Made by a program: the position numbers and the translations under genes. The notes under the pieces are model-generated. The model was not told the origin of the DNA and made no database searches. It saw only the letters and a program-made list of their open reading frames with translations. A DNA stretch of 64,000 nt from Rhizomicrobium sp. (lineage in GTDB: Bacteria; Pseudomonadota; Alphaproteobacteria; Micropepsales; Micropepsaceae), in contig DASZYI010000144.1 of NCBI GenBank assembly GCA_035545475.1, positions 15,306 to 79,305 on the forward strand. The letters are read 5' to 3'. Positions 40,021 to 50,716 of this stretch are shown piece after piece (positions within the stretch are counted from its first letter, which is position 1; each line of letters opens with the position of its first letter).

Positions 40021-40362
40021 CGCCGATTTTGTTGAAGAAGTCGCGCATGGGTCGAGTGGGGTGACGCGGCCTGCGATGTGCCGAGCGGATTGGGCTGTGT
40101 TTGTTAGGATCAGTTTGGCATTGGCTGTGGGTTGGGGATCAGCTTTGCCAGTTTCCTGAGGTTCTGGGCGGTTGCGGCAAGCAGGAACTCATCGCGGGCA
40201 CCGCAAGGCCCTCGCAATCGCAGCCGGCCCAACCGCAGGATGCGTTTGAGATGGGCGAACAGCATCTCGACCTTCTTCCGTTCGCGACGTGAGACTATGT
40301 AGGCATCTGTCCTGGCGATCTCGCGGGCTACGTCGCGAGCGCCTTCGTAGATGCTGCGAGGC
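40021..40362 (-). mobile_element. IS1182-family remnant: transposase C-terminus plus right end
   Basis: RRERKKVEMLFAHLKRILRLGRLRLRGPCGARDEFLLAATAQNLRKLAK; terminal ACTTCTTCAACAAAATCGGC on the minus strand. Confidence 0.8.
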
Positions 40363-40531
40363 AAAAAGCTGCTTAGCGCCACCCCTTGGTACGAGCTAGC
40401 TCTGTGGAAGTTGCCGCCTCCCCGCTACAGTCCACCGATCACGAGGAAAATCCGTCGCCTAGCTCAATTCGGCTTGATGCTCCGTAAGGGGCAGGTCCGA
40501 ATATCGGTGCGGCAACCGAGACCAGCATGGC

Positions 40532-41917
40532 CTATGCGTTCATATACTGGTCCAGCGTCATGTGGTGGCGGCGTATTCGCATCTCGAGGTAATGCCCCAA
40601 ATTCATGACTCCGATCTCGGATGCCTCGATACCCTTTTGAACCGCTTCCATATTCGCCCAGTCTTGATCAATTACAGCGCCTAACCCGCCCAATTCCTCG
40701 GCACTGGCCCAAGGCTCGTCTTCTGCGAGAAGACGCATTGGCATAGGCTTGGGGCGCGGCGTGTCTCTCGGCACCCTCTTCAAAATATAGATCTCCATCA
40801 TCGACTCGTCGTGCGCGCGATTTACGGGCCGCCAGCGATAAATATAATTCGGCGCAAAACCACCCCAAAACGCCATATTGGGGAAAACATTATAGATCAA
40901 AGAATCGCCCAGTTCGCAGTCCGCAACATGCTCGTGGCTGTAACCTGTCTCTCCTTCAAGCGCTTTCCGAGTAATGTCGGCGACATAAGAACGAGCGGTC
41001 ATTCCGGGAGGCACTTTGTGACTTACTTTTCCCGACATGGCGCGCATTCTAGAGCCCTGACTTAATAGAGCCCCCGCAATTTCGTCTTCGGAGAGCTTAC
41101 GATCCTTGATGAACGGACTTTGGTGGCCCCTCCCACTGATGTGCCGCGTAACGTGGTCGCTGAATACGTCGTACTGCGCGTTCGCATCGGTGATAAATGG
41201 AAGTATTTGCGGATGCGTAGCAATATCGTGATGCGTTTCCATGAACGCTTCCGCAGTCACATTCCAATTCGCTTTCGTCCTTTTTGCGACATGTGCAGCG
41301 ATATATTTGTCTTCAAACGTCCATCTTTCGAAATGATCGGGAATCGGCCCGAGTGCGGTTTCGAGTGGTGGCGCGTCGAGATCGAAATTGATGAAGACAA
41401 AGCCGCCCCACCGGGCCACTTTGGCTTCCGGCAACTGCATCTTCTCGGGAGGACAGTGCGGGAAGTCCCATTGAATGGGGTTCTCCAGGAATGTGCCATC
41501 GTTTTTCCAAGTAAACCCATGGAAGGCGCACCGAAACTCGGCCTTATTGCCCTCCATTGTTACTAACTTCCGGCCGCGATGCAGGCAGGAATTGTGCAAT
41601 GCTTTGATCTCATCGGGCCCGGAACGTACGACAATGAGGGATTTTCCGACGATCTCATAAAGAAGGAAGTTTCCCACTTCCGGAATTTCTTCTTCACGGC
41701 ATGCCATTTGCCATGTCTTCAACCACATCTTGCTGATGGACCGGTTGAAATACTCCTGGCTGACATATCTATCGACGGTCACCGGCGCCGTGCCGAGATC
41801 GGGCACTCTTCGTTCGCGCAACGCAGCCGGGACGGGCCGCGTGTCGCGGTCCAATATCTCCTGGTAATTGATGGCGTCACATTGAGCCATCGTCGATGGA
41901 ATAAAGCGATCGTTCAT
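40532..41917 (-). CDS. Rieske non-heme iron oxygenase alpha subunit 1
   Basis: SCLHRG and CAFHG Rieske ligands; EAFMETHHDIATHP and DQD mononuclear Fe ligands. Confidence 0.92.
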   Translation of the reverse strand: MNDRFIPSTMAQCDAINYQEILDRDTRPVPAALRERRVPDLGTAPVTVDRYVSQEYFNRSISKMWLKTWQMACREEEIPEVGNFLLYEIVGKSLIVVRSGPDEIKALHNSCLHRGRKLVTMEGNKAEFRCAFHGFTWKNDGTFLENPIQWDFPHCPPEKMQLPEAKVARWGGFVFINFDLDAPPLETALGPIPDHFERWTFEDKYIAAHVAKRTKANWNVTAEAFMETHHDIATHPQILPFITDANAQYDVFSDHVTRHISGRGHQSPFIKDRKLSEDEIAGALLSQGSRMRAMSGKVSHKVPPGMTARSYVADITRKALEGETGYSHEHVADCELGDSLIYNVFPNMAFWGGFAPNYIYRWRPVNRAHDESMMEIYILKRVPRDTPRPKPMPMRLLAEDEPWASAEELGGLGAVIDQDWANMEAVQKGIEASEIGVMNLGHYLEMRIRRHHMTLDQYMNA

Positions 41918-41965
41918 TAGAGAGCTCCTCCGGAGGCTTCGGCCCGCGATCTCAGGGCTCGAGCT

Positions 41966-41985
41966 TTATTACTGACCTGCCAAAA
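41966..41985. promoter_or_regulatory. Operator B copy upstream of Rieske 1 (TTATTACTG-AC-CTGCCAAAA)
   Basis: Matches consensus TTTTKRCAG-N2-CTGYMAAAA. Confidence 0.55.
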
Positions 41986-42119
41986 AGATACAGCGGAGAC
42001 TTTGATTTCGCAAGCAAGTCCGCTGCTTCGCGAAAACCCCTATACATAGGCCCCACAAGCAAAGAACGCCCTCTTCGCCCAGAGTGGCGGTCGCGTGCCC
42101 GTGCTCAAACATGTCGACT

Positions 42120-42337
42120 TTATGATACATCTGCCAAATTATTTTCTTGCGGCGGCGCAGCAGTGATCGAGCGCGCTGCCGCGCCCTTTATACGGCTTAA
42201 GGTTGATATTTCTATTTTTTCCCGTGTTTCCTGGGTCGATTTTGACCCTTTTACATCGAAAGCAACCCAGTTTGACCGGACTGCAAGGTGTGTCAGGCAC
42301 GATGTTGTAATTTGACTTTATGGCGTTTCTGTCAAAA
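42120..42337. promoter_or_regulatory. Two weaker operator B copies upstream of TBDR2 (42120-42139 and 42318-42337)
   Basis: TTATGATAC-AT-CTGCCAAAT; TTATGGCGT-TT-CTGTCAAAA. Confidence 0.45.
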
Positions 42338-42387
42338 ACTTTCAGAATCGAAATCTCGCCTTAGAAAAATCAGAGAGGGGAAACGTC

Positions 42388-44796
42388 ATGTACCACCGAG
42401 CTGCCCTTTTGGGCACATGCGCAACCATTTGCCTAATCGCAACGCCGATTTTTGGCCAGGTGAGCCCTCCTCCGACAGCGCCAGCGATGGTCGGCTCGAA
42501 CATCGAAACAGTTGTCGTAACCGCGCGAAAACGCGACGAACGATTGCTCGATGTGCCTGTTTCGGCGAGTGCAATGGATGGGGCAGCACTTGATCGCTAC
42601 GCCACCACCGACCTCACCAGCTTGGGAACGCAAATGCCTTCCCTGCAGGTCGATCAGGCATCCTCAGGGAATCGCGCAATTATTACCGTGCGCGGTATCA
42701 GTTCCACGTCTGGTGACGCTGGTATCGAGCAAGAGGTTACCGTTAATGTCGATGGGGTCCCGATTAGCCGTGGCAGCGTGATTCAAGACGCATTTTTTGA
42801 CGAGGACTCTATCGCGGTGCTGAAGGGGCCTCAGGCACTCTATTTTGGCAAGAACAGCCCTGCAGGCGTCATCGCTATCACCAGCGTCGATCCTGCCGAC
42901 CATTTTGAGGGTTACGCGCGAGCTGGCTTCGAAGCTGAGACTCAACAACTTTTCGGCGAAGCCGCAGTATCCCTCCCTATCACGGACGATTTCGGCGCCC
43001 GACTCGCCGTGAGGGCAAGCGATATGTTCGGCGGCTATATCCATAACGTCGCTGGCCCAATCACCGACCCCGCTGCCCTGCCGGCAAATCTTGTTGCAAT
43101 GGGACTTACCCTGCCCGGTGCCCCGGACTCACAATCTCCGCAAAACAAGGAAATTGCGGGGAGACTGACGCTGAAATATGCGCCAGATGGAAGGTTCGAC
43201 GCCACCTTCAAAGTTCTTGTTAGCGATTTCCGCGACGCTGGCATCACAGGTAATGCCGTCTTTTTCCATTGTGCCGATGGTTTCTCCCGTCCACAGGTTT
43301 TGGATTACGGAGGCAGCAATACCTATAAACAAGATCCATACGGCAGCTGTTCTCCGGGCAATGGCCAGTCTGCTGTCGGCACAGTTCCAGCATTTTTCGC
43401 TGATCACTATCCCGGGTCGCATGGCACGATTCCATATGATCATTTTCCGACCTATATTAGTTCGCTCGTAATGAACTATCGGGTGACACCGGATGTTGTG
43501 CTGACATCCACGACAGGGTTCTTCAACGTTGGAGAAACCTCTTTCGGAACGCTCGATTATACCACTCTCGCCGAGGCAACTGGCCGTAACAATGACTTCA
43601 ACTCTGCTCTCAATGAAGAACTTCGAGTCGTTACGGCTTTCGACGGACCGTTAAACTTCACGGGTGGTCTGTTCTACGAACAGACTCGCAGAGCTTTTCT
43701 GCAAAACACAATGCTGGGATATCTCGGCATAGATCCAGCGACAGGCCTTTCCACGTTCAGCGCATCTCATGACAATTTTACGGGAAATACTCTCTCGGCA
43801 TATGGAGAGCTGAGCTGGAAAATCGCACCAAATCTAGAACTTGCCGGCGGTGCGCGATATACAGCAGAGCACAAGGGCGGTACGGCAGAGAACACCTATG
43901 TCTTTCCGGGCAAGGGAGCGGCGTATCTTCCTGTTGGCCAAGTTCTTACCCCCAACCTCGCAGAGCACAACGTTTCCCCTCAGGCCACGCTGACTTGGCA
44001 CGTAACACCGGACGTTATGCTTTATGCGGCCTACAAGACGGGTTTCAAATCGGGTGGCATCCAAACGCCTACGCGGTACTCGAAAATTGCCAACTCCGAG
44101 AATATTGTTTTCAATCAAGAGACCGTTACCGGTGGTGAAGTTGGCCTTAAATTCCAGCAAATGGACGGGATGCTTACAGGGGACATAACCGGCTATCACT
44201 ATAGCTACAAGGGCCTTCAGCTGACAGCCTATGACGTTTCGTCTGCGACGTTCTTTACCCAGAACGCGGGCTCAGCCCAGGACGATGGACTTGAAGCGAA
44301 TGTCAACTATCAGGTGATGCCCGGTCTACTGCTTCGCAGCACCGTAAATTACAATAGCGCCAAATATACGGACTTCCCCGACGCGCAATGCTTCACAGGG
44401 CAGACAGTCGCTGAGGGCTGTGTTGCGGGATTACAAAATCTAAGCGGAACACCCCTGCCGCGCGCGCCGCATTGGACCGGCGATGTCGGAGTGAACTATG
44501 ATACCAGCCTGACCGGAGACTGGATGATCGGGGCGACTGCTGATCTAAGATTCAGTTCCAAATACCAAGCGTCGGGAAATTATAGCCCATGGGGTTTCCA
44601 AAACTCTTTCCAGACCTTCAACGCAAGCTTGCGGGTTTACGATGATCAATGGGAAGCCGCTTTAATCGGAACGAATCTCTCCAACACCATTTACGCCGTG
44701 TTGAAACAGGATCAGGTCCTCGGCCCGCGCGGAGATATAAATGGGTTCATCGGGCAAACCCGCCAGATCACGATGCAGATTACGCGCCGATTCTAA
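42388..44796 (+). CDS. TonB-dependent receptor 2
   Basis: Signal peptide, ETVVVTARKR, VLKGPQALYFGKNSPAG, C-terminal Phe. Confidence 0.93.
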   Translation: MYHRAALLGTCATICLIATPIFGQVSPPPTAPAMVGSNIETVVVTARKRDERLLDVPVSASAMDGAALDRYATTDLTSLGTQMPSLQVDQASSGNRAIITVRGISSTSGDAGIEQEVTVNVDGVPISRGSVIQDAFFDEDSIAVLKGPQALYFGKNSPAGVIAITSVDPADHFEGYARAGFEAETQQLFGEAAVSLPITDDFGARLAVRASDMFGGYIHNVAGPITDPAALPANLVAMGLTLPGAPDSQSPQNKEIAGRLTLKYAPDGRFDATFKVLVSDFRDAGITGNAVFFHCADGFSRPQVLDYGGSNTYKQDPYGSCSPGNGQSAVGTVPAFFADHYPGSHGTIPYDHFPTYISSLVMNYRVTPDVVLTSTTGFFNVGETSFGTLDYTTLAEATGRNNDFNSALNEELRVVTAFDGPLNFTGGLFYEQTRRAFLQNTMLGYLGIDPATGLSTFSASHDNFTGNTLSAYGELSWKIAPNLELAGGARYTAEHKGGTAENTYVFPGKGAAYLPVGQVLTPNLAEHNVSPQATLTWHVTPDVMLYAAYKTGFKSGGIQTPTRYSKIANSENIVFNQETVTGGEVGLKFQQMDGMLTGDITGYHYSYKGLQLTAYDVSSATFFTQNAGSAQDDGLEANVNYQVMPGLLLRSTVNYNSAKYTDFPDAQCFTGQTVAEGCVAGLQNLSGTPLPRAPHWTGDVGVNYDTSLTGDWMIGATADLRFSSKYQASGNYSPWGFQNSFQTFNASLRVYDDQWEAALIGTNLSNTIYAVLKQDQVLGPRGDINGFIGQTRQITMQITRRF

Positions 44797-44804
44797 GGCC
44801 AACC

Positions 44805-44828
44805 CCGGGCGGCAGGAGTGCCGCCCGG
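44805..44828. terminator. Hairpin between convergent TBDR2 and CMD1
   Basis: CCGGGCGGCA-GGAG-TGCCGCCCGG, perfect 10-bp stem. Confidence 0.65.
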
Positions 44829-44849
44829 ATTTCCCAAGACCCACTTCCT

Positions 44850-45401
44850 CTAGCGATAGTCGCGTAAATGCCTAAGTCCGCTTCGGTTCTCGAGAGGAAT
44901 ATGCAGTGTCGTCAGCATCATCGCCACCAGAGAGAACTCGGCGATCGTCATCATAAAATCAATAAGCTGCTGCGAGCTGTAGTGCTGCTCTAGGGATCGC
45001 CAAAGTCTTTCGCAAATCGGCTTTCGATCAAGAACTTCGTCCGTAGCCTCGATAACTACTGCTTCCTTTTCCGACCAATGAGAATCTCCCGGCCCCTCAA
45101 CTATCGCCTTTAGATCGGCCTCCGTCATGCCAATTTCGATGGCGAGAGCAGCATGCAACCCCCATTCGTAATCGCTGTTCCACGCGGCAGCTACACGAAG
45201 GATTATGATTTCGCGGTCCCGTTCCGGCAACGAGTTGCCTCGCAGGACCTTTTCCGCCCACGGCAGCCAAAGTCCGAGCATTTCGGGGCTATGGGCCAAT
45301 GTGCGATGCAAATTCATATTCCAAGCCTTAACCACCTCTACCGCGGGTCCTCGCAGTTCTTCGTCTGCAAGAACCTTCAATCTCGGATTTTCGCTTGTCA
45401 T
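44850..45401 (-). CDS. Carboxymuconolactone-decarboxylase/AhpD-like protein 1 (no CxxC)
   Basis: NLHRTLAHSPE, LPERDREIIILRVA, YEWGLH. Confidence 0.85.
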   Translation of the reverse strand: MTSENPRLKVLADEELRGPAVEVVKAWNMNLHRTLAHSPEMLGLWLPWAEKVLRGNSLPERDREIIILRVAAAWNSDYEWGLHAALAIEIGMTEADLKAIVEGPGDSHWSEKEAVVIEATDEVLDRKPICERLWRSLEQHYSSQQLIDFMMTIAEFSLVAMMLTTLHIPLENRSGLRHLRDYR

Positions 45402-45426
45402 ATTAACCTCCTATGGGTTGGAGGCA

Positions 45427-45446
45427 TTTAGGCAGACTTGTCAAAA
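45427..45446. promoter_or_regulatory. Operator B copy upstream of CMD1 (TTTAGGCAG-AC-TTGTCAAAA)
   Basis: Matches consensus; 26 nt from the start codon. Confidence 0.55.
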
Positions 45447-45463
45447 ACCTGCAATGAGATTGC

Positions 45464-46189
45464 CTACCGTCCTCTACGGCGTCGGGATCCGTCTTTCTTC
45501 GAAATAGCGGCGCCCAAAACCTTATCCCCCTCGAGAGTTCCAACGAGGACCTTTAGGAAAGCAAGTAATTCGCCTTCGCGGTCCTGTGCGTTGTATGATA
45601 ACCCTCGCTGCATAGCGAAGCCTTCCAAAAGAAATCGGAATATGTCCCGCCGCAAATTGAACCAGGGCGCCGACTTCTGTTCTTCGGTGAAGCTTATGAG
45701 GGAGAGTTCCCTCCTTGCGCGATCGTATTCGGCAAGCGCCGGCTCGAAAATTGACGAAAGATCATCGTCGGTATGCGCAGCGATCAGCAATTCCGTGAAT
45801 GCCGCGAAGGCATTTGTCTGAAGATGCTTCCACGCCAAATCCACAATTGTGATTGGGTCGAATATCTTCTGCTCGATGACATCCTTGACGTACATGTCCA
45901 GGCGGCATCTCATGATTTGATACACGGTCCCTTCAATAAGAGAGCTACGAGACGGAAAGTGATAAAGCATTGCTGTGCGAGTTAGCCCTGCGCGCAAAGC
46001 AACTGTGCTGGTAGTCGTGCCAGCATAGCCAGTTTCCGCAAGGCAATCGATCGCCGCGTTCAATATGCGCAACCGCGTCTTGCTACTCTTCGAGAGTTCG
46101 CCTTTGGCTATGCGGGTTGGATCAGGTAGGTGAAGAACGATCGCGTTTTTTTCCTCCCTATCCTTCTTTTTTGATTTTCGCCTGACCAT
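45464..46189 (-). CDS. TetR/AcrR-family regulator (start uncertain)
   Basis: TRLRILNAAIDCLAETGYAGTTTSTVALRAGLTRTAMLYHFPSR. Confidence 0.9.
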   Translation of the reverse strand: MVRRKSKKKDREEKNAIVLHLPDPTRIAKGELSKSSKTRLRILNAAIDCLAETGYAGTTTSTVALRAGLTRTAMLYHFPSRSSLIEGTVYQIMRCRLDMYVKDVIEQKIFDPITIVDLAWKHLQTNAFAAFTELLIAAHTDDDLSSIFEPALAEYDRARRELSLISFTEEQKSAPWFNLRRDIFRFLLEGFAMQRGLSYNAQDREGELLAFLKVLVGTLEGDKVLGAAISKKDGSRRRRGR

Positions 46190-46283
46190 TCCCCCACACC
46201 CTAAGAGCAACAGTTGAAGCTAGTTGGTAACGGCCCCTATGAAAAGACCGAATTCAACCTCTTGGCCAGGTGCTTGGTTCGTT

Positions 46284-47048
46284 TCAGAAATTGACCCGCT
46301 TTGTGAACCCGCCATCGATCACAAGGTTTGCGCCCGTCACAAATCCCGCGATCGGGCTTGCCAGAAAAACAACAGCTGCCGCGACCTCGTCAGCCGTGCC
46401 CATCCTGCCTATCGGGATCTGCGATAAAGCCCTCTCATAAACCTGCGGATTGGCCTTCTTGATATTATCCCAGCCGCCACCCTCTACAAATATGGGACCA
46501 GGCGAAACCGAATTGGCCCGTATCCGCTTGGGGGCGAGCATGTTACTTAGATTTTTCATATAGTTTATCAGACCGGCCTTCATGACGTTGTATGGCTGCG
46601 GCACGCGGAACGCTTCAACCGCTGCGGTACTTGAAATAATCGTAATCGCCCCCTCGCCTGCCTGTTCGAGAAAGGGAAGGGAAGCCTCGACCGTATGAAC
46701 TGTCCCCAGCATGTCGACCTCGAAGTTTTGGCGCCATGCTTCCAAACTTGTGCGTCCACCTCCCCCAGCACTGACGTTAGGTACCACGATGTCGAGGCCG
46801 CCCAATTCGCTTGCCGCGTCAAAAATCCATTTCCGAAGCGCCTCTCCGTTCGCCACGTCCACTGCAGCACTCACCACCTTTATGCCAGGACGAGCCAATG
46901 TCCGAGCGGCCTCCTTCACTCCACTCTCCTCCCGAGCGCATACTGCAACATGTACGCCTTCATTTACCAGGAGTTGCGCGATTGCACGGCCGATACCGCG
47001 CGATCCACCTGTCACGAGTGCGCGTTTTCCCTTTAAACGGAGGTCCAT
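46284..47048 (-). CDS. Short-chain dehydrogenase/reductase
   Basis: VTGGSRGIG, ISS, YNVMKAG, ANSVSPG. Confidence 0.92.
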   Translation of the reverse strand: MDLRLKGKRALVTGGSRGIGRAIAQLLVNEGVHVAVCAREESGVKEAARTLARPGIKVVSAAVDVANGEALRKWIFDAASELGGLDIVVPNVSAGGGGRTSLEAWRQNFEVDMLGTVHTVEASLPFLEQAGEGAITIISSTAAVEAFRVPQPYNVMKAGLINYMKNLSNMLAPKRIRANSVSPGPIFVEGGGWDNIKKANPQVYERALSQIPIGRMGTADEVAAAVVFLASPIAGFVTGANLVIDGGFTKRVNF

Positions 47049-48430
47049 AAGTTTCTCCCTTGTGAATTTGAAAGTTGTGAAGTCAGAACGGGTGTTGTCA
47101 CTTCCGGCGTGCCGGAGGGGATGTCTAGAAATGACCGAAGGGGGGCAAGTACGCGCAGCAGCATCAACACTGCTACCGGCAGGGTCAGCAGTGCGAAGAC
47201 AATTAGGGAGTACCGAATCGATTGCTCATCGAAAATGTGGTCGGTGATGTATCCAACCGCAAGCGGGCCAATGCCCAAGCCCAGGATGTTTACAAAGAAT
47301 AAATATCCGGCCGTGATCTGACCACGCATTCGATTGGGCACAACCATCTGTATGGTAGCGGCCGCGAGTGGAAACGGGGCTTGCAGAAAAAAGGTCGACA
47401 CACCTTGAAGGGCCAAGGCCGTGATGCCATCAGGGGCCAGAAGCGCGGCGACGCAAAATGGTATCGAAATGGCGATACAGGCAAGTGCCGTTTGAACTAG
47501 CGCATCGCGACGGCCCCTCGAAAGAAGCCAGTCCGCGATGAAGGCGCTGGCAATCGGACCCAGGCAGCCCGTTACGATACCGATCGCGCCCGATACGAGT
47601 CCCACCGAGGATGTCGACCATCCGTATGTGCGCACGACAAATGCCGGGGCCCACACGGCCTGAGCCTGGCCATAAAGAGTGCAGAATCCCATGCCCACAA
47701 TCAAAGATGCCAGCAGGGTGCGATGCGACAAAAAATAGTGCCAGACCGTCCTAACCTTATGGTGCCCCTCGGTGTCGGGAACGCTCAATCCGTCATTGGT
47801 CAAATTGGTGCGCTTTGGCTCGGTAACGGTAAACGCCATAAGCAGAGCGACAAGCACTCCGGGTGCAGCCGCCGCAAGAAAAGTAGCGCGCCAAGCGGGA
47901 ATGACTCCGACCACTGGCAACGCTATTTGGCTCCCCTCACCGATCGCGCGGATCAGCAGTCCCCCGCCGATAAACGCCAGCCCGGAACCTAGGAACCCCC
48001 CGGTAATAATCACACCAATCGCACGAGACAGCATGTTGCGCGGCATGTAGTCGGCCACACTCGACATAGCGGTCGGATAGACAACGGCTTCTCCGATTCC
48101 GACACCGACCCGTGCAAAGAACAGTCCGTAAAATCCCTTTGCAACGCTGCATACGGCCGTTGCCAGAGTCCAAACCACGATGCCGGTGGTCGCTATCCAT
48201 TTGCGCGGAAAGCGATCCACCATTCGCCCCACGGGTAAACTGAAGGTCGCATAAGCGAGTCCAAAACAAAGCCCCGTGAGCACCCCCATTTCGACGTCGG
48301 TAAATCCAAGATCCTTTTTTATGGGCTGCACGAGCAGAGTCAGCATGGCCCGATCCGCATAGGAAAGGGCGTTTGTCACCGCGTAAATCGTGACCACATA
48401 CCACGCCAATTTTCTTGACGGTCTCGTCAT
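47033..48430 (-). CDS. MFS transporter (spinster/aromatic-acid-type)
   Basis: SYADRAMLTLLVQPIKKDL, GRMVDRFPRK, ARVGVGIGEA. Confidence 0.9.
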   Translation of the reverse strand: MTRPSRKLAWYVVTIYAVTNALSYADRAMLTLLVQPIKKDLGFTDVEMGVLTGLCFGLAYATFSLPVGRMVDRFPRKWIATTGIVVWTLATAVCSVAKGFYGLFFARVGVGIGEAVVYPTAMSSVADYMPRNMLSRAIGVIITGGFLGSGLAFIGGGLLIRAIGEGSQIALPVVGVIPAWRATFLAAAAPGVLVALLMAFTVTEPKRTNLTNDGLSVPDTEGHHKVRTVWHYFLSHRTLLASLIVGMGFCTLYGQAQAVWAPAFVVRTYGWSTSSVGLVSGAIGIVTGCLGPIASAFIADWLLSRGRRDALVQTALACIAISIPFCVAALLAPDGITALALQGVSTFFLQAPFPLAAATIQMVVPNRMRGQITAGYLFFVNILGLGIGPLAVGYITDHIFDEQSIRYSLIVFALLTLPVAVLMLLRVLAPLRSFLDIPSGTPEVTTPVLTSQLSNSQGRNLWTSV

Positions 48431-48503
48431 GCGCGACAACATTCCTCGACGTCGGCGTCCCTCATCAATCCAGATTGTCGGTGCCGCCCGCCCCGGTCAA
48501 GCT

Positions 48504-48617
48504 TTTTGGCAAATTTGCTATATTTCCAAAATGCCAGACGTTGCTGCGCCGCAATAAGCCTCTGGGAAGGCTCCGGGCAGCTTTTGCCTTGACCAGATTT
48601 TTACAGACCTGTACAAA
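48504..48617. promoter_or_regulatory. Divergent MFS/acoA control region: operator B copies at 48504-48523 and 48598-48617; promoter TTGACC-N17-TACAAA (48589-48617)
   Basis: TTTTTACAG-AC-CTGTACAAA is an 8/9 palindrome overlapping the -10; TTTTGGCAA-AT-TTGCTATAT is a weaker copy. Confidence 0.65.
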
Positions 48618-48666
48618 TCATTCAATACCACAACATTTGCGAACCGTTCGGTTCTTGGGAGGCAAG

Positions 48667-49632
48667 ATGCAACTCACGCGGAATCAGCTTCTCGAAGCAT
48701 ATCGGAGAATGAAACGCATTCGGGAGTTCGAAGAGCGAGTTCATGCGGAGTTCTCAAGGGGAAACATTCCCGGGTTCTGTCACTTGTACGCCGGGCAGGA
48801 GGCATCGGGTGTGGGAGCATGCATTCATCTGGGCGACCTTGACTGGATTGCATCGACACACCGGGGCCATGGCCACTGCATTGCTAAGGGCTGCGAAATC
48901 GACGGCATGATGTCGGAAATTTTCGGCAAGGATCGCGGGGTCTGCCGGGGCAAGGGCGGCTCGATGCACATTGCCGATCTGTCAAAAGGTATGCTCGGCG
49001 CCAATGCCATTGTCGGCGGAAACCCTCCGTTGGTTATAGGGGCCGCATTGAGCAACAAAGCCCTTAGGAACGGGAAGGTAGCCGTTTCATTCACGGGCGA
49101 CGGTGGTGCAAACCAGGGGACAACGTTCGAATCCATGAATCTCGCGGTCGTCCTGAAATTACCCGCAATCTTTGTGCTGGAGAACAATGGATACGGTGAA
49201 GGAACGGGATTCAGCTATCATTGCGGAGCCAAGAGCCTGGCAGAACGCGCGGCCGCCTTTGGAATGCCCGCCGTAACGGTGGACGGCACCGATTTCTTTG
49301 CCGTGGCCGAAGCCATGCGAGATGCGATTGCGCGCGCTCAAGCCGGGAAAGGACCTTCCGCGATCGAAACAATCTGCCCGCGCTTTTATGGTCATTTTGT
49401 CGGCGATCCCCAACTCTACCGTTCGAAAGCGGAAATCGAAATAGCTCGCAAGAACGACCCGTTGCGGAAATTTCGCGAACGCGTAGCGGAAATGCGCATT
49501 GTCGATCTCTCGCTGCTCGACGTCATCGACCAGGAAGTCGCACAGGAAATTGAGGATGCCGTGATAGCTGCCAGCGCCGCTTCGTGGCCCGACATCGGTC
49601 AACTGGATACAGACGTCTACGTCGCTTACTGA
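48667..49632 (+). CDS. acoA: TPP-dependent dehydrogenase E1 alpha, acetoin-dehydrogenase (AcoA) type
   Basis: IPGFCHLYAGQEA, STHRGHGH, GDGGANQG, RFYGHFVGD; start taken at ATG 48667. Confidence 0.85.
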   Translation: MQLTRNQLLEAYRRMKRIREFEERVHAEFSRGNIPGFCHLYAGQEASGVGACIHLGDLDWIASTHRGHGHCIAKGCEIDGMMSEIFGKDRGVCRGKGGSMHIADLSKGMLGANAIVGGNPPLVIGAALSNKALRNGKVAVSFTGDGGANQGTTFESMNLAVVLKLPAIFVLENNGYGEGTGFSYHCGAKSLAERAAAFGMPAVTVDGTDFFAVAEAMRDAIARAQAGKGPSAIETICPRFYGHFVGDPQLYRSKAEIEIARKNDPLRKFRERVAEMRIVDLSLLDVIDQEVAQEIEDAVIAASAASWPDIGQLDTDVYVAY

Positions 49633-49663
49633 CGGCATAGTCCGTTAATTCGGGAGCCCCTAT

Positions 49664-50671
49664 ATGCCTAAAAAGAGTTACCGCAAGGCCATAAACGAGG
49701 CCATCGCGCAAGAGATGCGGCGGGACACAACGGTCGTGGTAATTGGCGAAGATGTCGCCGGTGGACAAGGCGGCACCGGTGAAATCGACGCCTATGGCGG
49801 CGTCTTGGGTGTGACGAAAGGCTTGATCGGCGAATTCGGCGAAGATCGGGTCATCGATACGCCGATCACCGAGTCCGGCTTCATCGGTATGGCGGCCGGC
49901 GCCGCATGTACCGGACTTAGACCGGTCGTTGAATTGATGTTCGTGGATTTCATCGGCGTCTGTTTCGACCAGATATTCAACCAAGCAGCAAAGTTCCGCT
50001 ATATGTTCGGCGGAAAAGCTCGCACGCCATTGGTCATACGATCGATGATTGGCGGTGGGTTGCGCGCCGCGGCACAGCACAGCCAGACACTTCATTCGAT
50101 TTTTACGCATGTACCAGGCCTAAAAGTGGTCATGCCATCGAGCCCTTACGACGCCAAAGGGCTGCTCATTCAGGCTATTCGTGACGATGACCCAGTTATC
50201 TTCCTCGAGCACAAGACGCTTTATGACATCGAAGAGGACGTTCCTGACGGTAGCTATACGATACCTTTTGGCGAGGCGACGGCGACCCGCGAGGGCGATG
50301 ATGTGACGATTGTCGCGCTTTCCGCAATGGTACATCGTGCCAATGCCGTAGCCGACAAGTTGGCAAAAGAGAATATTTCCGTCGAAGTCATCGATCCCCG
50401 CACCACGTCACCATTTGATGAACATGCGGTGTTGGAAAGTATCTCGCGAACCGGCCGCTTGGTCATCGTCGATGAAGACACTCCACGCTGCAGCATGGCC
50501 AGCGATATCGCGGCATTGGCTGCTGAAAGAGGCTTTTCGTCGCTGACCGCGCCGGTGCTGCGAGTCACATGTCCCCATACGCCAGTTCCCTTCTCACCCA
50601 CGTTGGAGGACGCCTATATGCCGTCCGCGGCGCGCATCGAAACGGCCGTTCGGCAGTGTCTCGGTAGTTGA
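49664..50671 (+). CDS. acoB: TPP-dependent dehydrogenase E1 beta, AcoB type
   Basis: DTPITESG, ELMFVDF, AAQHSQ, FLEHK. Confidence 0.85.
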   Translation: MPKKSYRKAINEAIAQEMRRDTTVVVIGEDVAGGQGGTGEIDAYGGVLGVTKGLIGEFGEDRVIDTPITESGFIGMAAGAACTGLRPVVELMFVDFIGVCFDQIFNQAAKFRYMFGGKARTPLVIRSMIGGGLRAAAQHSQTLHSIFTHVPGLKVVMPSSPYDAKGLLIQAIRDDDPVIFLEHKTLYDIEEDVPDGSYTIPFGEATATREGDDVTIVALSAMVHRANAVADKLAKENISVEVIDPRTTSPFDEHAVLESISRTGRLVIVDEDTPRCSMASDIAALAAERGFSSLTAPVLRVTCPHTPVPFSPTLEDAYMPSAARIETAVRQCLGS

Positions 50672-50716
50672 TCGCTGCAAAAAGCAAGCTGAATAAATCA
50701 TTCTTGGAGATCACAG

